From Azolla caroliniana (Eukaryota; Plantae; Polypodiophyta), in the NCBI GenBank assembly GCA_043228905.1, contig JBHGNT010000015.1:12896001-12960000 (forward strand): DNA of 64,000 nt. Direction: 5' to 3'. The position numbers and the translations under genes were made by a program. The notes beneath the pieces were generated by a model. It had not been told where the DNA came from. It saw nothing but the letters and a program-made list of their open reading frames with translations, and did no database searches. Positions 13,464-26,976 of the stretch are shown here, one piece after another. Position 1 is the stretch's first letter. Each line of letters starts with the position of its first letter.

Positions 13464-14249
13464 CTTTGTCGGGCATGGTTTTCTTCCATCAATAATATTG
13501 ATCGAAGGTCGACAAAGGAAGTTGGGTTCTCCCTCGCGAGAATGGCTGACCTAATTGCACTAAAGCGCGGTGTCGGGCCTTTCGCTCCGGATCGTTTGCG
13601 TGAGTCGGGTGGGAACTGCTGGGGTTTTGGACTAGGAGAAAGAAGAATATGAGATAAGGTTCGTTATGAATAGATTGCAAGATGAAGATATGAAACTCGT
13701 GAATCCCACGAGTATAGTGTATTAATTGATACTTAGATTGTGCTTTTTCTAACTTTAGTTTTCATGCACACTACATGTGCATGATTAGCTTTCTATCACA
13801 TCTTTTCTTTTAACTCGAGTGTGTATGCATGAATAACTTTTTCTATCATGCTTATCTAGAATATTTACATGTGATAAATAGCTTTAGAACTCATAATATG
13901 CTAGTATAGTGGTAAGGCTTAAAATCGTTAACATGGAGGTATAGGGTTCAAATCTTGCCCTATGCATGTAACATAATTATTGTAGTATTTCTCCTATTTC
14001 TTTATACTTAGTCAATCGGGTACTCCACACATATTTTACGTAGTGTACAAAGTACACCAGGACACTCACCCCCTCCGAACCTACACATCCTCCGGTATGT
14101 GCCAAGGTTTCCGATTCTTGTTATTCGCCTTCATCCGTAGCACTCTCCGATTCTCCCCTTATGTCGATTATCAATTGTAGTCTACTTTCTTCGCTTTCCA
14201 CATCACTGTGATCTTTGTCTGATTGCTCCTTGTTGTCGATCTTGTCTAA

Positions 14250-16935
14250 GCTTACTTAAGGTTCGTCGTCAGTCCGCTTCTTGAAAATCTTCACCCGTTT
14301 CCCCACTATAGGCACCCATAGTACTGTTCCATCCAACTCGCATAGTTAGTAAGTTCCATTGTCGAAAACTTTCCGAACCTCATATGGCCCAAACCACCTT
14401 TTAGTGAACTCCCGTATCGTTGTATGTTGATGATCCAAACTACTGTCATAGACAATCACCAAATCTCCTTCTTCAATATTCCGTGGTCGTAGTCGATGCT
14501 TTGTGTCGAATCAACTTTTGTTCCGGAATCGCGCTTCCTGTTGTCGGCGTGTTGCTTCCACTATGTCTTCCGGTCTTCCCTCTAGTTGTCGTATCTGAAC
14601 CGCTAGTAGTTCTTCCGGGCTCATTTCTTCCTTCCACGGTAACACCGTCCATGTTGCAATTGCGGTTTCTGTCGGCATTACCGGTGCTTGTCTGGTCATA
14701 AGTTTGGCTGGCATATAACCGGTCACGGAACTATGCGTTGTGCGATCCACCCATTGTGCATACAAAAGCATCTGTGGCCAATCCTTCACCCTTTCATCGC
14801 ATGCTTTTGCAAGTGCTTTGACGATTGGACTATGTCCTTGTTTGATCTTCCCGTTGGCTTCTGGATTATATGCCGTGGTTATTGTTAACCGTACTCCATG
14901 TCTGATGAAGAATTCCCTAGCTTTATCATAGTCAAGTTCTCCCCGATCCGCAATCACTTGTCCTATGCACATGTACCTACAGAACACTTCTTCCAAGAGA
15001 AATTGGCATACTGCGGAACATGTTTTCCTTCGTAGTGCCCGTCCTTCTACTTGGTTTGTCAGATCTTCCCGGGCTAACACCAAGTACTTCTTTTGCCCAA
15101 TCCCGGTTGGCATGGACACAATGTCGACTATCCATTTGAAGTTGATTGTCGGTGAGAATGTCAGATGTAATTCATCTCGGTGTCGAACTTCGGAGTAGAT
15201 TTGACATTTCTCGCAGCTTTCCGTGAACTCCGCTACATCTTTGTACATATTCTTCCACCAATATTTTTGTTTGATCTTCGCAAATGTTGCCCATGTTCCC
15301 CGATGTCTAGCCCAATCAGATTCATGAAATTCGGACATTATCCGGTTTCATTGCTCTTTTGTTCCAACTACCCGTAGTGGTATGCCATCCGGTCTTTCCA
15401 GCTCCTTCTAGATTAATCCGTTGTTCAAGAAAAACTTCTGGACTTGCTGCTTCTTATTTCGGATCTCGGCTCTCTTTTCTTTATTGTCCGATGATTCCTC
15501 GATTTCTTGTAGCACTTTCCCCATCAACAAGCTTTCTCCCTCGTATTCTTCTTCCCGAAATTCTTGGATTACGTTCACCCGGCATATAAAGTACTTTTCG
15601 GAAACTTCTTCATTATTGGATTTGGCTATGTCGTCTCCGAACCGTGCCCTTGATAGCATATCCGCTATCGCGTTGTCTTTTTCGGAGACGTGTCGTATCT
15701 CCGGATTAAGTGACTTTACATATGCAATCCATCTTAGCATAGCCACATCCGGTATTGTGCAACACCGCATCATCTCGAGTATCGGAAGACAATCCGTTTC
15801 GATCACTACTTCGGCTCCGATCAAGTAATCTTGATCTGATTTTATCGCCGACATGACTCCCCATAATTCTCTTTTAACTTGTGGATATCCGTGTTGCCTT
15901 TTGTTAAGAACCTTTGCTCCGAATCGAATCGGATATCATGAACCATCCGAATCGGCTTGATTGATGACCCATTCGATCCCGGTTGGACTTGTATCAACTG
16001 TTACTATAATCAGTCGGTCATAGTTCAACCCTCCATAGTGATTTCTTGAGCTTCTTCATGGCTTGTTGGAATTGGTCATACCCGGATTATAGGTCACCGA
16101 TGGAGTATATCGGGCGACCAACAAATGCTTTTGCAAATTCGTCCACTCTCGGACCGACTCTGGAGTTCGGGATCGTGACCTTGTTCACCAGTTGCAAATC
16201 TTGAATAAACTGGAGTGACCCATTCTTCTTCGGAACCGTAAACCATCAATTTAAGTACAGTGTCGTGAAGATTCCGGGCCATGGTGAGAAACCGGGGGAT
16301 ATCGGAAGAATCGGCGGAGTGCACCATGTGCATTTACCCTTGTAAAACGTGTGAATAGTAGGATTCAAGTCGGGATAGAGAATCCCATGTAAGTTGGGAT
16401 TTATCCCACATTGTAACGCATCCCTCTCCTTGTTCTATAAAACGAAGGGATGATCCTTTGTAGATGGGTTGCCCATTTTGACTTAGGAGGGTATACCACT
16501 TAGGTCTAGGGTTTGGTAGAGTTCTTCCTGTTCATCTTATTCTTGTTCCCTTAGGGTTTGTAGTTTGGTCTTCGCTCTACTTCGTTTAGGGTTTCGTCTT
16601 GTCTTCTTCTTCTTCTGCCCCTTCGTGTCTGTTTAGGGTTTTGCCCGGTGAAGAACTTGTATGTTCTGTGGGGGTTAACTTCGACTCGGCCTCCTGTGCA
16701 AGACCCCGCTCGGCACGACGAGCCCGAAAGCTCCCCCAACGGCGGCTTGGCAGCAGACTGTTGTTGCAACATAACCTACCTTGGTCCGGCTCGAAGCCGG
16801 GGATGTATTCTTTCCCTTGTAATATACATACTCGTATCTGTTTGTGCATATTGGTGTATTTGGTGGTGTCGGAAACACAACCCCTTGCTTCCTGTGCATA
16901 AGTGTCGGTGTCGCACGCATGCTCTCCCTCTCCTT

Positions 16936-16984
<49 letters not shown>

Positions 16985-19320
16985 TTCGGTTGTATCCGGG
17001 TCGTGTCCGGCGTCGGTTTTCTTGGCATCCCTCTTCTCCCTAGTCTGAGACCCATGTGGTCCCGCCCCTTCTACACGTACGCGCGTAATAACGCGACAAC
17101 AGAGCGTTTGATGGCTTTAGAATCCCCATCGCCACCTTCTCCTTGAGCAAGTCAATGATTTTCGGAATATGCGCCTGTGGCACTAGAATCGGCTTCAGGT
17201 TCCACGGCACATGATCAATCGTGAAGATCACCATCAGCTCCACTATCTTCGGATCAACGCACCCTATCTCTCTTGATGTGAATGCAAATGCTTTTCCATG
17301 TTGCTCCAACATCTCACGAAACCGTTCTTCTTCATTTTGTGAGAGGAAACCACCTCCACCAATCCGAAGTTTTTTCCGGGTCTCATCTGTGAAGGCATGT
17401 CCGATATCCACAGACTTCTGAAGTGTCGGATCTCCCGAGACTTCTTTCCTCTTTTGTTCGCTATCGACGGGTAGCGGTCCTGCGGCCAGTTTCACCTTCT
17501 TTTCCACGGTCTTATATTTCGTACATACCATTGCTTCTTCTTTGCGGAGCGCATCCGGCCCCATTTTCGCAATGATCTCGTACATCTCGACCGATTCCAT
17601 CGGAACTACCCGGTCTCCCTGGCTATTCTCTTCTGCAAGCTCTTCAAGTCGTTGTAGCGTGTTCCCATAGAACACTTCTTCGACCACTCCCACGATTTCT
17701 TCATCTTCTTTTATTATTGATGCAGATTGTAACTCATCTTGCACCTTTCAGAATTCTTCCTTCATTACTCCGGTTATGGCCATGTATGTAGATGCCCCAT
17801 CTGTACCGATTCGTACTTGTTTTGCTCCGTAGTTTTTCTTCTTGTGTGGGGTATCAGAGCTTCTCAGACTATTACTTCCCCACTCTGCAATAGTTTGCTT
17901 TAAAAATACATTTTTGTTTGGGACAATAGCTCTCTATTGTTGCTTTCGTGATTTGATGGCACAGTTAGGAATTGGACGGTTTTCCCCTCGCTATGGCTCC
18001 GAATTCGTGCAAAAGCCACTTTGCTATTGAGCACCTTTGTCTCCATCGTGAAGCCATGATAAAGGGTTGCCCGAGGATCACAAAGTGTGAGACCTCATCT
18101 TGTGCGAAGAAATTTTGGTCAATCTCCACATCTCCGATCTTCATCGTCACATCCGGACAAGCCGTAAATAAATCTTCCGTTGCTTTAGTGGTTGCCCGGA
18201 TCTTCCATCCATGATTAGTGTTAATAGGCCACTTCCCCTTTTGGTAGAACTCCTTGGACATCAAATTGATCTCTGATCCATGATCAATCAATGCTAGTAC
18301 GAGCTCTTTGATGTTTCCGATTCGGACCAGAGTCTTCGTAGTTGCGCGTGCCCAATGTGGCCTTGTGTAGTGGGAGTTCGGAATTTCATCCTCCACTTCG
18401 GTATCATTCATTAGAATGGTATTTGCATTCACCCTTGGAGCATTTTCCTTCGTATTTTGTCTTTTTCTCTTCACGATATCCACAAGAAGATTGTTGAACT
18501 CCTTCTTCGCTATTCCGAGTAATTCCCGAAGCGAAAAATCTACCCGGCTATCGAGGATTCTCTCCTCGAACACCTTTTTTAAGTCCGTCCATTGCTCGAT
18601 GTCTGAAGCGAGTTTGAATGCCGGAATTGTTTTTCGTTTCCCCTTCCCTTCGGAGTTCCAACTATCCGGCGTCTTTGATGGTCCGGCTGCATCATCCGTG
18701 CGCCGTCGTTTGTCATCTACATACACCTCATGTAATTGGCATAGGACGTACACCCTATTCTTATTGATGGGGCACTCCCATCCCGTAGCTTCTCGGATGC
18801 CTTTCACGGTGCTTCGGATCTCATTAGAGTCAGTTTTCTCGAGGTTTTCTAGCACTTCCGGCCAAAAAGACGCCTTTGCTTCGGAGGACTCACCCACACG
18901 TATCCCCGCGGTTCTTGCAAAATTTCTTTTCGCCGCTATTTCCTCTTCTAGGACCTTCTTCATGCCGCCTTTTTGGAAGTTCGGTCGGAGTGGCTTTCGA
19001 GAGTCCATTGAATGAATCCGATTTCCCTCGTAGTAGATAAGATCCCGTCGTAGCGCCTCCTTGTGCTCATCGCAATCCCTCCGATCATGTTCGGTGCTAT
19101 CGCACCATATGCATCGACAATCCATATACTTGGAACTTGTGGGACGGTTATTCAACTTTTTCAGCATTTCCGCCTTGTAATCCCGCAAATATTGCGATAC
19201 ATCCTTCCCGTTGAATTGCCCATTACGTTGCACGAGCCGCTCTACTACCGCCGCAATCTCCGACATCGCGTGTTGTTTTCATAGCATCCGCTCGAACATT
19301 GCCATCATGTTGTTAGCCTC
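14250..19320 (-). pseudogene. pol: Element D gag-protease-RT-RNaseH-integrase remnants (RT core largely deleted)
   Basis: ORFs 17965-19266, 17040-17744, 15408-15854 and 14511-15338. Confidence 0.85.
16261..17098 (+). repeat. Solo LTR of the tRNA-Trp family inside D pol
   Basis: tgtcgtg...cgcgaca with perfect 4-bp TSD ACAG; host RT frame PSNAL|YLN*WF rejoins. Confidence 0.9.
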
Positions 19321-19931
19321 TTGTTGATTTTCCATCTCCTTGCCACTTGTTTTCACGTCGGGTTCACCACTGTGTTGGGCCTTTTGCTCCGGATCGTTAG
19401 CATGAGTTGGGTGGGAACCGCTGGGTTTTTGGACTAGGAGAAAGAAGAATATGAGATAAGGTTCGTTATGAATAGATTGCAAGATGAAGATATGAAACTC
19501 GTGAATCCCACGAGTATAGTGTATTAATTGATACTTAGATTGTAAAAGAGAAATAGATGGCAAAATCATGAATCCCAAGAATATTTTATATTAATCAACC
19601 CTTATAAAAAATCAACGACCCCTATATAGTAAACATTTGGTTAAGTGCACACTTTGATCTGAAGGGAAAAGTGCGCACTTAACCGAGCCGCACACTTAGG
19701 GCTTTTTACACACAAAATTTTTTTCCCCCAATTTTTCTTTTCTCTGCACATTTGAGTAAGCGTAGCCCCAACCGCCACCGATCAGACCCTCTTTGCACCT
19801 TAATCAATCCCACGTAGTTGGTCACAAGGCTGCTGCTTCACCAGGTTGTTGCTCAAGACACTATTGTGCACCTACAATCTTCTTCGGGTATGTAGAGTTT
19901 CTGCGCATTTTCAGGTTTTTTAAGGCCAAAT

Positions 19932-20846
19932 GTTTAGGGAATTAAAAAATAATTTCATTGTGGATGTATTTGTGCTGTTTTTACTGCTGAATTCGAGTAA
20001 ATTTGTTGATTAGGTTCATAAATTAGATTGCGGGTTTAGGGAATTAGAAAAAAATTTGATAGTGGATGGGTATATGAATGTATTTTGCTGTTTTTACTAC
20101 TGAATTTGAGTAAATTTGTTGAATAGGTTCATAAATTAGATTGCGGGTTTAGGTAATTAGAAAAAAAGTTGATAGTGGATGAGTATGTGAATGTATTTTG
20201 CTGTTTTTACTGCTGAATTCGAATAAATTTGTTGATTAGGTTCATAAATTAGATTGTGGGTTTAGGGAATTAGAAAAAAATTTGATAGTGGATGAGTATG
20301 TGAATGTATTTTGCTGTTTTTACTGCTGAATTCGAGTAAATTTGTTGATTAGGTTCATAAATTAGATTGCGAGTTTAGGGAATTAGAAAAAAAATTGATA
20401 ATGGATGAGTATGTGAATGTATTTTGTTGTTTTTACTGCTGAATTCGAGTAAATTTGTTGATTAGGTTCATAAATTAGATTGTGGGTTTAGGGAATTAGA
20501 AAAAAAATTGATAGTGGATGAGTATGTGAATGTATTTTGCTGTTTTTACTGCTGAATTCGAGTAAATTTGTTGATTAGGTTCATAAATTAGATTACGAGT
20601 TTAGGGAATTAGAAAAAAAGTTGATAATGGATGAGTATGTGAATGTATTTTGCTATTTTTACTGCTGAATTCGAGTACATTTGTTGATTAGGTTCATAAA
20701 TTAGATTGTGGGTTTAGGGAATTAGAAAATAATTTGATTGTGGATGAGTATGTGAATGTATTTGTGTTGTTTTTACTGTTGAATTTGAGTACATTTGTTG
20801 ATTGGGTTCATAAATTAGATTGACGGTTTAGGGAATTAGAAAATAA
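19932..20846. repeat. 113-bp tandem array, about 8 copies, most containing TTTAGGG
   Basis: Unit starts at 20041, 20154, 20267, 20380, 20493, 20606 and 20719. Confidence 0.95.
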
Positions 20847-21536
20847 TAGATATAAGTCAATGTGAAATTAGCTCATTAGCCTTATTACAGAGATGAATTC
20901 AACCCATAAGCGAGGTGCTGGACCTTGTTTGAATGATGAACAAAGGCTACAAATTTTGGAGATAGTGGAACAACCATTCGCTCCTTCTCTTCGCAACATA
21001 GGTAGAAATTTTGGTGTAAGTGAATCAACGATTAGAAGTTTGATCAAGAAGAAGGATGAGATACGAATGCGTGTCCAATTAAAAGATCATAATACAAGGA
21101 AAACAACTTTTAGGGGATCCAAAGGGAAATATCCAGAATTAGAGGAACGCTTGTATGCTTGGATTGATGCATCTCGTCGATTGTCAATTGCATTGCCTCC
21201 ATCCGTTATTATGGAGAAGGCTCGACGATTGGCTACACAAATGAATATTTGTGATGATGATTTCAAAGCAACTTGAGGTTGGTTTAGGAAATTTCGCCAT
21301 TGCCAATGTTTGAATACTATTAGTTTGTATGGCGAAGGAGGGGCAGTTAATCGAAATGACCCAGAATTGTTGGCTTCTTTGGAAAGGTTCTATGCTATAA
21401 TCAACGAGTATGATGCTAGTTGTGTTTACAATATGGATGAAATAGGCTTATTTTTTCGATTAGTTCCAAGATATACAGTGCTTTTGCCAAGTGAATATCC
21501 TACAACAATTCGAGGTAAGAAAAAATTGCTAGATGT

Positions 21537-21740
21537 TGTATGTTTTAGGGTTAGGGTATGATAATGATAAAGATAGGAATAGGGCTAGCAATGATGGTAG
21601 ATTGATAATGAATGTGTGATGATGAGACAGGGCGTGAAGAACAAGACAACCATTGAGGGGTGGGGGGTGGTGCCTAGAATGGCTCCACCCCCCCTCCCAA
21701 GGGGGCTCAACGTTAAGCGGAGAGAGAGGAAGAGAGATGA

Positions 21741-21776
<36 letters not shown>

Positions 21777-22042
21777 TCATTCATGTTTCATTCATTCCCC
21801 ATAAGGGGGTTAAATAGTACAAGAGGGGGTAGATACATAGGGGTGTAAGCCCCCTCGAGCATTCATACTGGACACTCACTCACACCTCCTCGTATCCATC
21901 CACATGCACACACGTGTGCATGTGTTCACATACGTATAGACTCACAATTACATTTATGCCCCCTACACACACACAACAATCATCATGATAACATTTGACC
22001 CTCGCTCATCACATTGACTCTCCGTACATCTCATAAAAAACA
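21537..22042. repeat. Unrelated solo-LTR-like insert at the left tip of B1
   Basis: TG..CA ends, (AG)n tract, flanks atgt/gtgt; boundaries uncertain by a few bp. Confidence 0.55.
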
Positions 22043-25000
22043 GTGTTAACTCTTAGGGCCGGACAATGGCCTAACACAGGGTGTCTACGGAAGACACTTC
22101 ACCAAAGGGGTGTTACAGCAAGAGGATTAGGCTCAACGATTAATCCGACTTAATTAGGTTACTTAGCAAGATCATCCTTAACAATCACACGCGTAAGATA
22201 TAACAATGAATGCAGAATGGCAATTAACACAGAGAGATAAAAACACTAAGCTTCATTAATTATCCGCTGCCCATAACATTGTATCCGGGCCTTTAAATAG
22301 GTTTCCGGTTTGTAGTACAAAACGGTGCCATCTGCACTTGTTCGGGATCGGTCCGGATCCGGAACGGCATACCGATTTCAGTCGGTCCGTCCACACTAAT
22401 AGCTTACTTACAACCATTCCTTAATAATTAAATAACTCCTTCGTTTCACACTCTGGACTCCTTTGCCGGCCGATAACACATGGCACGCCCGTGGGACAAT
22501 ACCTTGTACGTCGAATCCACCATCCGACCCTTGCTATTCTTCGTCCAAAATATCCAGAATGCTTTGTTCGAGAGTCTCCAATGGTTCATCTGGAATTGGC
22601 TGTTGTTGTTGTGGTTGTTGCCGCTCCGTTGATGACTGTTGCGACCGGTCCTTTGGTAGCTGTTGTGGCTGCTCCTCCGTTTGTTGCTCTGACACCGGCG
22701 TTTCCGTCGTTGCTCCCTCCATCGTAGTGGTCTCCGGTTGACTGGTTCCGGCCTGGCCCTCGGCCGGCGACGGTTCCTCATCACTAAGGTTAACCGTTGC
22801 CGCTTCCCGTGCTTTTTCTTCCTGAACCCGGGACCGCTCGTAGCTCTCAAACTGGATTTGAGCGTCCAGCCTATCATCGTCTAGCTGAGCTACGAGTTGC
22901 CGGACCTGCACCAGCTGTTCATCCGCCATGACTTGGAAGTCTTTAGCGAGCTCATCCCGTATGGCGGTGAAGTCCTCGGAAGTCAACGTGTAACAATCAT
23001 CTCCTTCCTTCCGCCGGTTTTCCACGTCTGCCCGTAGCAATTGGAGTTCCACCGTATTTTGTGCCCACTTTGTCCACCATCTTACGGAGCTTTCGTCAAT
23101 CAAGAGTTTTGTCTGATTCAGCCATGCCCGGAGGATGCACTGAATCCGGCCTGTTCCCATCTGCGATTTGATCTCCGCAGCTTGCCGTTCCTCCTTCAAT
23201 TGCTTGATGATTTTGACGTTGTCATCCGCCTGCTCCTTGTAATGCGTCAATTGCCCTTGATATGTGCTTTGTAATTTTTGCAATACCGTTGTCACTCTCT
23301 CCCTTTCTTCCTACTGCTGCCTCTGGAGCTCAATCCGGACCTTCTCCGCCTCGTCCAACCGTCTTGTATTTTCCGCTCGTTCATCGGCGAGCGCCGTCGC
23401 GGCTTGGTCAACTTCCTGCTGGAGCTCAGCCATCCGTTCCTTATGCTCCGTTTCAAGCCATTTGTAGTCCCGGTGCAGGTGCTCAAAATCATCTGTCTTT
23501 CGCTTGAGCCGTACGTTGATCTGTCGACGGGCCCAGTCCTCGCAGTCCTTCTGCTGGCGGAGCTCCTCCTTTAGCCGTTCAATTTCCGTTTCCGCCGTCT
23601 TTAGCAGGTTGTCCTTTTCCTGCAACACTTTGTCTTTTTCCTCCATTAGCCGGTCGTACGCTTGATGGCATTTCCGGAGGCTCTCCTCTGCCCGGCGGAG
23701 GTTCTCAGCAGTCTTCTTTAATTCTGCTTCGGCCGCTGCCTTCAATTCCCGTTCACGGCTCCTTAGCGCTTCTTGTGTGGCAAGTTCATCTCTCAATTCC
23801 GCAAGCTCCTGGGCTTGCGCCACATCTCTCTCTGGAACGGTTTCCATTGCCGGGGTCTTATTAGTATGTACAGGTTGGTCTGTTTCTTTATTTTGTACAC
23901 TTACCGGAGTCACCAGTGCTTGGATCTGTGTTGCCGTTAAGGCCATTTTGGCCATTTCTGCCGTGACCTGATCCAAGTCTTTTTTAAGGCACCGGATTCT
24001 GGACCAGGCCGTCTCTAGTTGTTCGGTTGTGACGAGCAACAGTTCGCTTTGCGCTCTTTCTTACGCCTCAATATACCCCATTGCTCCGGCAATCTGTTCG
24101 CCTATCCACCGGAACCACAGGCTATCGGTGCATTGTTGTTGCGCTTGCACGGAGGTTTGACGGATGGGCTCGCTTGTGGGTGGGTGGTCCCGCCTGATTG
24201 TGCCGAGTTGCAATTCCGTTTCTGCCCGTGGACCACCCTACTGTCCTGGTTCCCCTTGCGCTTCTTATTGGTTGACTGAGGGAGGCTGCATTGACCTTTC
24301 CGGCTCTGGCGGTATGGGTCTTGCCGGTGCTGCTAGTGGTGCAGGGGCTTCTGATTCCGGTGCCATGCGCACCGGTTCCGGTTCCTCCCTTGGCGTGGGA
24401 GTCTCAGTATGGGGAGCCGGTGTTCCCTCCGTCTGAGGGTCCGAACGTTTCCCGGCTGCCTCAACGGTCCTTGCGGACGACCGTCGCTGGAGGTGCTCCG
24501 TGGGCTCCTCCTCTATTTCCTCTTCCTGAGTCCCGACATTGATTTTCGCCGCCACGGGGTTCGCTTCTCTATTCACCGGTCGGCAGAGTGTAATCTTTAC
24601 GGGCCGTACCGGTGGTTCCTCCTGCGCCTCCGTTGGCCGCTTCCGGTTGGCGCTCTCCTTTCCCGCCTGTTCTGCGTTCGCCGCCTTCCCCTTAGTGGCC
24701 TTAGAGGCCAACAACTGTTGTCTTTTGGAAGCAGTCTTTGGGGTGCCGTCTGCAACTCTTCCCCGCTTCTTGGGCTGGACGGGTGGCACAAGCAAGGTGA
24801 GCCACTGTGTTACTGCGTGCCATATCTTCCGTCCGTCTTGGCCTTCTTTGCCGTCTTTTCCTCTAACGATCTCGATCGCCGCACACAACTCGTCTGCGAT
24901 CAATACCGGCCAATCCACCTTGATCCCTTCATAGGTAGCGATGATCATCCCTGCCCGGTTCTGCGGCATGACAGGGGGTCTAGGGTACATATGGCCGTAT

Positions 25001-26976
25001 TCATGGAGCACACGGACAATCTCGCGGAACAACATATCTCTGCCGCCCTGTGTCCGGTAGCCCTTGTTGGCTAGGGAGTACTCACCAAAATACTTGATGA
25101 GTTGCTTCGAGGTCGGATTGTTGATCGTGAATATGCCTCCCTCCGGAAGGCCTGTTAACGCACGGATTGCCTCCGCCGTTGTCGAGTTGCTACGCGCGTG
25201 CGTGGAGAACAAGGTGGGACCACTAGGGTCTTGGACTGAGGAATAGGTGAGAAAAGAGGGAGAAAGAGAGAGACGCTCACACACGTATAGACAAAGAAGC
25301 GCACGGGGACGCGGCCCAATCAACATAGGAGACACGAGTTGAGAACACTAGCGTATGTATATAGAAAATATGTATCTATGCGGACGACTTGAACGGTTAC
25401 AGCCGATCAGGTCGGCTGGAAGGATGCTGACACCTGATCACCCACGCACACAGGGGAGCAAGATGGAGATTCTGCCGGAAGCACACGGGCGTTCCGCGGA
25501 GCAGAATCAGCCTCCGGAGAACCTGCGCAAAAGAAAGCTATGGAGAACGACAGAGAAGAAGAGCTCGGTCCCAGTCCGACAGCACTTCGTCCCCTCTAGC
25601 GTGCGATACCTTCTCTCCCCATCTCCCTCTCTTTTATAGCTCAAGGAGGGAGGTTGTTTCACCCGTTTACATCACATTAATTCTCTGTCCTTTCGGACAG
25701 AGATACTCCTCGATTCTCCCTATAGAATATTGCTACCTAGGATTCGACTTTTGTGCCTACCTATCTACTATACAAGGGGCGTGCCCACGTGTAAATGCCG
25801 GTCAAAGCCGATCCGGTCTCGAGCCAGTCTCGGGTCTCTTCCCTTCGCGTTGGTGGTGTTGGCTCGAGCTTCCTTGCTGCGACAGAGCCCGCCCCTGTCG
25901 ATCCTTTGTCAACCCATTCCTGCCGTTTGTCGAAACGGCCACAAACCCTCTTCACCACGGCCCAGTCGGCCGTCAGCCCATCATCAGTCTCCAATAGGAG
26001 GCCTACTTGCTCCCGATCCTGCTCGTCAACTGACTTAACAAACAATATGACACGACTTGTGTCCAGAATGGTCCGGTCAAGCACCGAGAGGCGCGCGAAG
26101 CGTTCCTCAAACTCCCGGAGGAGCACCGACGCGTTCCTTCCTTTGTCGGGGGTCTCCACCCACTCCATGAAGTCCCACTTCGAAAGTCGAAGCGCATCTT
26201 CAAGCCGACCTTCGAACTCCTCCCTGGTCCGGCTCTCGGCCCGTACCTCGAGCACCTCCGTATGGATGCCCGACATCGCCACTCAAGGGAATCCGGCTAG
26301 GCGCCTCTCTTCCGGAATGTCCCTCATTACCATCTCAGCCCGGTAGGACGCCAAGTAGCTCGTGGCATCCTTCCCACTAAACCGGCCGATCGTACCGACA
26401 ATCGCCTCGATAGCCCTATCAAGGGCGCCGGTGCCTTCGCGCGCACTCACTATACAGTCCACAGTCGAAGCCATGGCTTCTACGAGGTCCGACCCCCTCA
26501 TCTTCTACTCCTCTGCCACCTGTTCACGTCGGGTTCACCAAAAGATGTCGAGTTGCTACGCGCGTGCGTGGAGAACAAGGCGGGACCACTAGGGTCTTGG
26601 ACTGAGGAATAGGTGAGAAAAGAGGGAGAAAGAGAGAGACGCTCACACACATATAGACAAAGAAGCGCACGGGGACGCGGCCCAATCAACATAGGAGACA
26701 CGAGTTGAGAACACTAGCGTATGTATATAGAAAATATGTATCTATGCGGACGACTTGAACGGTTACAGCCGATCAGGTCGGCTGGAAGGATGCTGACGCC
26801 TGATCACCCACGCACACAGGGGAGCAAGATGGAGATTCTGCCGGAAGCACACGGGCGTTCCGCGGAGCATAATCAGCCTCCTGAGAACCTGCGCAAAAGA
26901 AAGCTATGGAGAACGACAGAGAAGAAGAGCTCGGTCCCAGTCCGACAGCACTTCGTCCCCTCTAGCGTGCGATACC

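Noticed and set aside
16937-16981. (CT)n/(AG)n tracts and the ERER or SLSL ORFs across them
   Set aside because: These are ordinary LTR microsatellites.
19352-19369. tRNA gene
   Set aside because: Only the 18-nt 3' end including CCA is present, next to an LTR, so it is a primer-binding site.
19932-20846. CRISPR-like array
   Set aside because: Whole units are repeated with no unique spacers, there are no cas genes, and the context is eukaryotic.
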